Of a stretch of DNA of 64,000 bases, positions 49,883-60,227 are shown in pieces; position 1 is the first letter of the stretch; each line of letters opens with the position of its first letter. This DNA is from Trichosphaerium sp. ATCC 40318 (taxonomy: Eukaryota > Protista > Tubulinea). The notes under the pieces are model-generated. The model worked only from the letters and a program-made list of their open reading frames with translations, had not been told where the DNA came from and did not search any database. The stretch is from NCBI GenBank assembly GCA_038496445.1, contig JALMLS010000510.1, positions 62,001 to 126,000 on the forward strand, in the 5' to 3' direction. Position numbers and translations under genes: made by a program.

Positions 49883-51152
49883 ATGAATAGTTTCAAAATT
49901 GTATTACTGGGCGGTGCTGGCGTAGGTAAATCGTGTTTATGCCTGCAGTATCTGCAGGGGAAGTTTGTAGAGGACTACGGTACGTACAACTGAAGAGAAA
50001 TTAAACAAAAAATCGATGTTCCTTTGTGGCGGTGACATGCTCGCTACTGAATAGTGGCGTTATCAGCTCCTTCAAAATTAATAATATAGTAATAACCGCT
50101 CAAGCTACTTCAAAATTATATTAGACCACGTGTGAGGAATAAATAGCTTGCGGTTTGGACGAGAGTTTTGGATTTTTTTTTTTTGTTTTTGTTAAATTCG
50201 TTTAAACCATCCCTATTGTAGACCCACGTGCTAATTTTTTATTTTTTTACACTTCAGACCCAACATTAGAGGATTCTTATCGTAAACAAGCGAGTGTAGA
50301 TGATCGCGACTATGTTTTAGATATTTATGATACTGCAGGTATTCACCGAAGGATATTTATGGTTTCACCATCCAAAAGGGACTTGTTTTTTATCACAAAC
50401 AAGCCTGGTCCACTGGACCGTTTTTTTTTTTTTTCTCTTTTTTCTTTTACCGGTAGTGTACGTCTTTGTTTTCTCAATTTCCTTCTTCAGGTCATGAAGA
50501 TTTTTCAGCTGTAAGAGATTGTATTACGAGAGGAGGTGATGGATTTATATGTGTATACTCTGTAACTGACATGGTACGTCTTGTTTGTAGTATAAGAGTG
50601 GTTCTCGTGGAAACAACGTGAACTTGCTTTTGGTGTTACCATTTACAGTTAAAATATTTCCGCAGGAGACGCTCCAACTCGTTGAAGGATTACATGAACA
50701 CGTGTTGGCTATTAAGGATAAAGAGTCAGACGAACTACCTTTTGTCATGGCTGGAAATAAATGCGATTTAGTAAAAGCCCGAGAAGTTGAGACGGAGACA
50801 GCTGTAGCTCTAGCTACTAAATTAAATGTTCCACACTTTGAAGGTATCTAAAACAACAAAGACAAAATATCTTTTTTTTACTACGAAGCGTGTATCTCTA
50901 AAAAGCCTTAGTATCGGCAAAAACACGCTTGCACGTGATTGATACTTTCGAGTCAATCATTAGAGAGATGGTACGAGACTAAGGAACTAACAACAATCTT
51001 TTTTTTTTGTTCCGCAATTATCACGTGTTACACAACTTTATTTTTGTTTTCTGGTTTTTTAAGATGGCTCGTAGGTTCGTATAAACGCCATGCGAAAGAA
51101 GTCTTTCTCAGGACCTAGCAAGCACGATAAACGTCGTTGTGTTGTACAGTAA
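49883..51152 (+). CDS. Ras-family small GTPase with CAAX
   Basis: [38 protein letters not shown]; ends RRCVVQ*; 6 exons. Confidence 0.9.
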
Positions 51153-51329
51153 ATTAAAAGAGTTACATGTATTTTTCAAACGTTTAGGTTTTTTTTTTAG
51201 ATCTTCTTTACGCCCACTTACGCTATTGGTTGGCGTATTAAACCTCAGAAAAAAATTTACTCTTTGTAACTCAAGTTGCTAAATCAATCGTCAGAGCATG
51301 TTTTAGGAGTATTCTTTGTCTGATTTGTG

Positions 51330-53641
51330 ATGTGTGGAGAAACTGGAGGGCTAACAAGCAACTTAGTGTTGGTACCCCTTTTATCTCCTTAAAGTAGTCT
51401 AGCAATGAACTAACATGCGTGATCACGCGTGTAGTGTTGCGTCTGCTTGTTTTCGGAGCGATAAACGAGATAAAAGTCTGTTTTTGTTTTTGACGATCAA
51501 AATCGGCGAAAATTCAGGACGAAGAAAGAGGAATTCGTTTGGCGTAGTGGCAGCTTAAAGAGAAACTCATGTATACTTCTACGTGCGGTTTGTCGTATTG
51601 TTGCGTTTTGTGTGTCATCGTATGCTTGCTTTCTTTCTTTAATGTTGTGTTAACACTCATACGGCTAGGTTTTGGCGTATGCTTTAGTATCCGATGCTCA
51701 AGGTAGGTTGAATTTTTGATAAAACGTTTGGTGACGTTTTATTCCATTAGGCATACCTGCAACCGCTGTTTTACATCAAAAGCACATTATTTTAAGACAT
51801 GGCAGTCGCGAAAATACAAATGATAGCAGCAGCGACCTACACGCTCGCGATGGTAAACTAACAATACGGGGAAGGCATCAGGTTAGTATTAGCATCAAGC
51901 AGTGTTGTTTTTACTCCACAGAACTTTGAACCGTTTATACACGCGTATACAACTCACACGAAGCACCAGCACTTTGTATTAGGCGGTTATCTCAGACAAC
52001 TTTACATTGAAGGCGCAACGACCAAAATAGATGGTATTGATACTGTATTTAATGAGGATCAAACAATCGTGAGGTCAACTGACTTTGAAAGGACGCTCAT
52101 TTCTGCACAGAGGTAAATCTTTATTTTTTTTTTTTTTTTTTTGTTTATTTTTTGGTTTGTTTTATTAACAAGTTTGCGCTTGTAGTTTGCTCCTTGGATT
52201 ATACCCACCAGTAAATCAAACAATTCAAACATCAAATGGAGATGTATTTTCTTCACCATTTGATATACAGCTTGTACCTATTCATACTGTAAGAAGTGAG
52301 GATGATGCGTTGTTACGTGGGTTTGATTCTTGCCTTAAAATAGAACAAAACTTGTATGTTAGTTTCAAAGAACTAATCAACTTTGACTCATTCATCACCC
52401 TCATAGGAATACGTTCATATCCTCCAATACGTATAAATCTAGACAAGCAGAAGAATCTGTATTCCTCAAGTCTGTTGAAGATGCAACATCTTGGGCAGAG
52501 ACAATCGAAGTGCAGAACAGTCAACAAGTGTACGAACTTAGGTTTTTTTTGTTTTTTTGGTGGTAAAAACGTCTTTTTTGACATTCGTTTTGTAGATGGG
52601 ATTATTTGAATGTCAGGCGTCTTTATAGTTCTCTTCCAAATATTATAAGTGATAATGACTTTGCACGATTGACTACAATTGTAAATTGGTGGGAGAACGA
52701 GAAATACAGTCACGACATTGTTGGTACAAAAACGCTAAAATTCGAAATCCGAATTCTTGTTCTTATGTTTGTGTAGGTGATGCTGGTGCAGGTATGCTTG
52801 TTAGTCAAATTTCAGACACTATGGATGACAACCTTAACTTAATCAATTCCGAAAAGGTAACGCCCAGTATATAATCAACAACCAAAGTTGTTTGGCATGC
52901 CACTTCCATTGTCTTATTGTTGATATTTCTTTTTTAGCTGTTTTTGTATTTTGGACATTTCCCTACATTGAAATCCTTGGTTTCTCTTCTTGATTTGGAT
53001 AGAGGAAGGGATAGTTCCCTGTTTGGTATACCAGACTATGCATCATTCATCTCAGTGAATCTATGGCTTGATGGAAGCAGTGGATATGTCTCTGTTGATT
53101 ACAGAAACGGAGATGATGCTTTGGTTCAGAATATCAAGGTTGCCAAGTGTGCAACAGCGCCTTGTACTTTTACAGAGTTCAGAGATACTATTGCATCAGA
53201 ATTATCAGTTAAAAATTTAGTCGATTGGCATTTGTACTGCCGTGTGTTGTACGATTGATATTTTTCTGATTTTATTCTTAAAAAACACATTTCTTTTTGA
53301 AAACTCTTTTATTTCTGTACAAATTGTGCTCACGTGTATTTTTTTTAGCACAATTCAAGGATTTGCAAAGAGTACACTTGGAGAAGTGGTAAGTATTTAT
53401 ATTTTGATTTTACAGAGGTAGTGTTGTGTTTGGTTTAATGGGATTTGTCTAGATTATCATAATGACATTTGTTGTTTTATTTGCGGCAATCATCATTGCT
53501 GTAAACGTGCTCTTCTGTAAAAAACCTAAAGTTCAGCCAACCGCAACAGCCAGCAATCAACCTGACGATGATGATTCAGTTGCCAACAATGATGATGACA
53601 ATGATGATATAGAGGCTATTGAACTTGATGAAAAGTCATAA
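51330..53641 (+). CDS. Histidine acid phosphatase (lysosomal-type, C-terminal TM); start uncertain
   Basis: LRHGSR, GKLTIRG, VRSTDFERTLISAQSLLLGLYPP, VPIHTV, YFGHFPTL, IPDYASFI; TM then acidic tail. Confidence 0.85.
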
Positions 53642-53879
53642 ATTAACTTGGTTTTTTTACAACCGATTTTTTTTTCGAGGCGCGACTCTCCTCTTGATGT
53701 AAATGTACATAAAGTTGCTTGTTCAGTTGTAAAATACAAATTAAAATTGTGCACGTGCTTGGTCCAGTGAACTATTTGGATGTCTCGGCTAAATGACATT
53801 TGTCCGCACAAGAAACTGTATTTACCCGTTTAAGTCAACTTTTTTCATTGTCTGTCACACTATAAAAGTGATCACAACA

Positions 53880-54916
53880 ATGGATGACCATATGGAATTA
53901 CGTATGAGAAGTAAATCAAGTACTAAGATACCTTCAAATCAACAACAAGAAAAAAATAGAATCAAACCAAACAGAAAATCCTGGCTAAGTGAACGCAACC
54001 TAATAACCCTACAAGCTGGTACAACAATGTTATAATAGACTACATACGTTTACTCATTATTGTGCGCAGCATCTGGATTGGTTTTTGCAACCTTTCTAAG
54101 CGTACACTTGGTGTCTGCTTTCGCATGTAATTTTGGACCAGAGTATATGTATGCTATTCAGGTAATCGGCTTGTGCATGCTATTCTAATAGTATTCTAGA
54201 ACGTGTTGCGAACCTACTACCAATATCCCATGATAGAGCTTACAGCGATTGTAGCAGCTCTTGGTGTACACCTATTCTCATCCATCATACGCTGGAGGAG
54301 ACGTCGAAAAACACTATCTCAAGTGTCTTGGGCTTCACGGTTACACAGATACTCAGCGTACGTTCTATCAACCGCTATACCACGTGTTTTCTATTTGTGA
54401 CTTTTTATAAGGTACTTCTTACTTTTTGAACTTACTCCACACGTGGGATTTGCACGTGTATTCCCGTTTCTTTATAATTTTTCGGCAAACTACTATTTTG
54501 TCCACTTGAGTATTGTTTACTGGCCTTACTACTTTTACCCGTACTATGCACTCCTAGCAGCTTGTGGGTAAGTACAATTCAGTCTATAAAACCCCTTGTA
54601 GCCATGACTGCCTATTCAGGTTCTATCACATGGCGTATGGAGTTTTCAAAGCGTTGAGAGTGTTAGGCATTAAGATACCTCAACAAACTTCTTTGAATAG
54701 CAACTACTTTTTAGTCTTGGCATTGGTTGGTCTTCTTGTTTCTATTTCGACGGTACGTGACACGTGCACATGTAATTTTTTTTTATGTGTTTCTAGACTA
54801 TTGCTTTTGGTGGAAATTATGTAGCAAAGGATGCTTTGGACCTCAGTGAGTTTCCTTTGTTTAAGAGCAAATACGAAGAAATAACTCCTGCTGCGTTTTT
54901 ACCATGGAAAAATTGA
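53880..54916 (+). CDS. Multi-pass membrane protein, DUF1691/MCP1-like
   Basis: SGLVFATFLSVHL, RTYYQYPMIE, LHRYSAYFLLFELTPHVGFAR, FYPYYALLAACGFYHMAYG (conserved TM His residues). Confidence 0.65.
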
Positions 54917-54985
54917 ATCTTGAAACCAACAAAAACTAAAAGTTGCTGGCTGCAGCACACTTTTTTATGTTTATAAACAATTAGT

Positions 54986-57900
54986 CTATAAATCGTTTAG
55001 CGGTTTTGTATCGCTGTAATTTGATTGTATTAAAGCAACCTCTGTATCTTCAAAAGTGCCTGCTAACACGTGAGTTACATTTACAAAAAACGGAAAAAAC
55101 TCTGAGAATCTTTACCATTGTTAGTTGATGAATCATCATCGTCCAACAACTTTTTATCATCATATTTTGTATCACGTTCATGTACTTCAACAACACGTGC
55201 TAATTTAATTAGTTAAACGAGACAAAAAATAAAATATAAGAGTACCTGTGTAGCGCCACCATATGACATACAAAAGAATTGATGATAACACAAAGATACT
55301 AAAAGTTACTCCAAATCCAGGCCACCCTAAAGGATAACGCTTAATACAATATAGCTTGGGCATTACATGATTATAATGGCATACTTTGAAGGGAAGCACA
55401 TATAGCAAATAAAAAGAGTGATACTTGAAATGGCCATGCAACAAAGTACGCTGTGATCGCATCTCGAACATTTTCAGCGAATATCAGTTTTTTAGTTGTT
55501 CTTGTCAACCGCCTGCTCTGTTTTGGCCAATATCCTGGAGGCCTCGTTTGTTTATAAAACTAAACAAAAACTAGATGTTAATCACGTGTTCACCTAGTTT
55601 TGGCAGTGGCTCTTCGTGCGACAAGACAATACAGTAAACATACATTAAATAGAACTTGTTCATCTGTTGGTGATGATAGATACATTCCAACAATCATACA
55701 GATCAAAGAAGCACCTACTGACTATTTCTAAAGTTAACACACCAATATGGAGTTACTATAGGTCATTTTTAGAGAACACGTGCCCAAAGAAGAGACATAT
55801 ATGTCGGACTGTTTCTGAAGGCGAAATGTTGTATAGTCGCAGCGGCCATGCCTCCTATAGTACCTATGTAATACAATTAATAAAGCCCAATTCTGTACAA
55901 CGCATTTTTGACCTAACCTGAAGCATAAGCGATACCTACAGTTGTCATATTAGAATAGAATGCGAAAAAGGGGATGTACCATTGACTCTCCAATAAAACC
56001 ATCTTGCAACCATCGGTACATACAATGCAGAACTCAATGCAACTTGTAGAAATCCCCATACATCATTAATGTTTGAGAATGCGAGACTGACAGCCTACAC
56101 GTTTGGTTGATTGTGCAAAAGAATCCAAAAGACTAAAAAAAAAAAAAAAGAATGCTTACTACACCTGCAACCGTGATGACTAGAGATGATACACGGCTAT
56201 GTATTAATAGTTTTGTTTGTGATGCTCTAGGGTTAATAAAAGCTTGGTATATATCTTTGACATAGTAGGCAGCACCAGCGTTCACATTGCTAAGAAAAAA
56301 GAGTTTGAGTTCATTTTTATGTTCAAAGATTTGTTTAGTCTCCCTAACCTATCAAAAGTAGACATCCCTGCAGCGACAAATCCGCTCACGAGGAACCTAC
56401 AGATATATCAATTACCAAATACAGTTCTATCACGTTTTGGCTCTGACAGCAAGAATTCCAGGAAACTTTGAAAGTGTTCTTTGTTATGCCGTACCCACGG
56501 AGTACAATTGGAGTAAATTGTGAAAGCACTATTGGTACAACCCTCTCTGGGTCTTCTATAAAATTTTCTTGGTTGTAAGTATGTCCAAGAAGTACCAATG
56601 CTACTGTAAAAGGCCAACGAAAAGTTAAAAGTACTATCCATATCATAGACATTTTAGCAACTTCTTCATCGTCTTTTGCTGCAAAATATCTACAAATCAA
56701 CAAAAAAAGTCACGAAATCGGTGTGTCTAGAGATCTTATATGACATGATTTTTATACCTTTGTGCACCATATCCTATAGGTCCTATACGAATAAAAACGT
56801 TAAGTAACAAAATTAAAACAGTTGTGTACCTCCTGTGCCTTCAAGAAACAAACGAATCAAATAAACCAAAGTTGTCAAAATCAATAAATCAAAAGTAGCA
56901 TATTGACTATCTGGCGGTACACCAAGTTTCCATCTAGGTACCTAAAACAAAACCACAAAGAGTTAAACTCAACAAAAAAAAAAATCACGTGTCACTGTGA
57001 ACACTTACAGGATTGCTCCAATCCTTGTATGATATCGAATAATTCACAAACTTTAATTCTTGTGCATCATCTTTTGGCGGTAATGCTATATTGAGCGTTT
57101 CTGGTACATTGCTCTTGATGAATGCATATATGATAAACGCAATACCGGTTAAAAGGACAAGAACAGCTTGAAAGACATCAGTCCACACAACACCTAACAC
57201 AGAATTGTCAAACACGTGTCAACCAAAAAATACTTCAAAATAGAAGTGGACGTAGACAGTTCACTAGAAATATGATCACGTGCAAGGTACCTTGAAATCC
57301 ACTCACTACAGTGTATATAACAGCAAATAGACTGATCGCTGCGCCAGCATAAAAGTCTACACAGGGTACTTAGTCGGAGACAAAATCGAGACCCCATTTT
57401 TTTTTTTATTTACCTTGCATTCTACTATCATGAACGCCAATATCTTCCCACGGAATAAACTCAGATAAAAACTTTCCGCTTCCAATAGCAAAGTAAGTGA
57501 CACCTTAAAGTTGGAGCATTAAAACAGCATTGTAAGTTTACACCAATGTTTTCTGTTGCACCTATAATTATCGTGATAATGTTCGATACTGCGCTTATAA
57601 CACGTGCTATCTTTCCTTGTAAGCCATTACCAAACCGAAGAACCATCCACTAAAAGAAGCAATTAACACGACACATTGTGCCCATGTGCGTTCCAAAAAA
57701 AGAAATAAAACAAGATGCACATGCCTCTGCTGTTGTCATTACTTTTGCTCTTCTAGTCCATTTTCCTAAAAAAAACGCACGTGATTAAAAAAAAATAGCA
57801 ACAAAAAATATCTTAACCCAACTCACCGAAAATAAGCATAAGAGCCATAGATAGAGTCACACCTCCTCTAAATTCTATGTAGAATCCTGTTTTCGACTGA

Positions 57901-58220
57901 TTTAGCTTACAAAACCTCAACGCTCGTAATACGCCGTTTTACCTTGTACACCTAACGCATACAAAAGTGCAGCGTTGATGGCAGTGCCAGAAATATCAAA
58001 GGAAGATGCCAATCCTACCAAAACGTTATTTGTCGTTTTTGAAGCCCTTGAACAAACCGGAAATGCCCAATGCCCACCATGGTAGTTTTCTGTTGCCTAA
58101 GAAAAAGCCTTCAATTGATTTCGAACGGGTTTTAGCTAGAATCGTTGGAAGTAGGCCAACTATGATTATTGATAGTAAATATATTGCCACAATGACATAG
58201 TCAACAACAGCAAGCGCCAT
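54986..58220 (-). CDS. Sodium:solute symporter (SSS/SLC5 family)
   Basis: VDYVIVAIYL, FFLGNRKLPWWALGISG, TTAEWMVLRFG, GVVWTDVFQAVL, FAAKDDEEVAK, GFVAAGMSTFD, LKWPGWRF; more than 15 exons. Confidence 0.92.
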
Positions 58221-58553
58221 ATCTGTAACAAAACGGGTAAAACATCGGTCAAATGCAGTCCCGAAACACTAAAAAGGAACAGCCTTATTTGTTCGTGATC
58301 ACGTGACTAGACTATAAGCGAGATAAATTGGTGTAATTGGGCTGACATAACCTTTTGCTGTATTTAGGCAGTGGAGGCTTACCACATGCAGATAGTGAAC
58401 ACAAACTCTGGTTGAAGTTAGTTGACTGCCGCTAGTTACAATTCATTCTGAAAACCAACAAGAATACATAGCAGCTTATGTACGAAGTGTTAAACCGTTC
58501 CTAATTGAAGACAACTCACATACAAAACTGTTTAGAGCTGATTGCTTTAACAA

Positions 58554-59984
58554 ATGGAAGAAAAAGATATAAACTATACAAATCAGTGTGTTTTCAGCCT
58601 CATTGCGCTACCTATTGAATTAATAGTGCATATTCTGAAACAAGGAACAAATACAATCCGTTCAGCCCAAACGTGCCACTTTTTGCGAGATATCATCCAC
58701 AAACATGTTGGATACGGTCACATCTATATTAGAAGCGAAGATGAGGTTCATATGCTTTCTGGTAGTGCATTGCTCCAGAACTCGATTATTGACATTCGTT
58801 GTAAATCAATAACAGATCAATGTTTAAAGGCATTGGCGGGTGTATATTACATTAGGTTGTGTTGTTGTACTTCAATAACAGATGAAGGATTGAAGGCGTT
58901 GGCACGTGTACACACTATTTATTTAACATCTACAAAAGTAACGGATTCGGGATTGAAGGCATTGGCAGGTGTACATAAAATCAATTTATATTTTTGTGAC
59001 AATATAACAGGTGAAGGATTGAAGGCATTGGCAGGTGTACACACTATTGACTTGGGTCATTGTACATCAATAACGGATTCAGGTATTACGGCATTGGCAG
59101 GTGTTCATGAAATCAATTTATCTAGTACAAAAATAACAGATGAAGGCTTGAAGGCATTGGCAGGTGTACACACTATTGACTTGAGTCATTGTAAATCAAT
59201 AACAGATTCAGGTATTACAGCATTGACAGGTGTGCACAAAATCAATTTATCGTTTACAAGTGTAACAGATGAAGGATTAAAGGCATTGAAGGGAGTACAT
59301 GAAATCAAATTGCAATCTTGTGTTTCAATAACAGACGAAGGATTGAAGGCATTGTCAGGTGTACACTGTATCAAATTGAGTCATTGTAAATCAATAACAG
59401 ATGAAGGATTGAAGGTGTTGGCAGGTGTGCACACTATTGACTTGAGTCATTGTACATCAATAACAGGTTCAGGATTGAAGGCATTGGCAGGTGTGCATGA
59501 AATCAATTTATCGTTTACAAGTGTAACAGATGAAGGCTTGAAGGTATTGGCGGGGGTACATTACATTGAGTTGCGTTATTGTAAATCAATAACAGATGAA
59601 GGATTGAAAGCATTGTCAGGCGTACACTATGCTAATTTGAATAATTGTAACCTTCTAACAGATTTGGGTATTGCAGCATTGGCAGGTGCACACACTATTT
59701 ATTTATCTGGCACAAGGGTAACAGATGAAGGTTTAAAGGCACTGGCAGGTGTACATGATATTAACTTGCGTTATTGTACAGGAATAACTGATGAAGGCAT
59801 TACGGCATTGGCAGGTGTACATGATATTGATTTATCATTTACACGTGTCACAGAGGAAGGTTTGAAAGCGTTGAAAGGTGTACATACCATCATATTACAT
59901 GGTTGCTTCTTAACAACAGATTACAATGGTATCAAGGCATTGACTGGTGCACATAAAATTGTACCTGATTATAAATACAGATGA
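58554..59984 (+). CDS. F-box + LRR protein (GVHTI family), intronless, intact, ~17 repeats
   Basis: 476-aa ORF; F-box LIALPIELIVHILKQ...AQTCHFL; mixed 21-aa and 22-aa repeats. Confidence 0.9.
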   Translation: MEEKDINYTNQCVFSLIALPIELIVHILKQGTNTIRSAQTCHFLRDIIHKHVGYGHIYIRSEDEVHMLSGSALLQNSIIDIRCKSITDQCLKALAGVYYIRLCCCTSITDEGLKALARVHTIYLTSTKVTDSGLKALAGVHKINLYFCDNITGEGLKALAGVHTIDLGHCTSITDSGITALAGVHEINLSSTKITDEGLKALAGVHTIDLSHCKSITDSGITALTGVHKINLSFTSVTDEGLKALKGVHEIKLQSCVSITDEGLKALSGVHCIKLSHCKSITDEGLKVLAGVHTIDLSHCTSITGSGLKALAGVHEINLSFTSVTDEGLKVLAGVHYIELRYCKSITDEGLKALSGVHYANLNNCNLLTDLGIAALAGAHTIYLSGTRVTDEGLKALAGVHDINLRYCTGITDEGITALAGVHDIDLSFTRVTEEGLKALKGVHTIILHGCFLTTDYNGIKALTGAHKIVPDYKYR

Positions 59985-60227
59985 TGTTGGTATTTAACAA
60001 GAACAACAACTTGATTAAAATCCAATTGCAGGAAAGGACATTAAAACAAAATTAAACTTTTGGTAAAACATAATTAAACTTTAAATTACAGATTGAGCAT
60101 TGAAGGTTGAGATTGAAGGTTGAAGGTGAAACAGGGAGGGGAGTATTATTTAAACTTTACAAAACAGGATATTACAATACTCAAATCAATGTACACAATT
60201 TTCGTCAACATGCCAACTAAATAGAAG

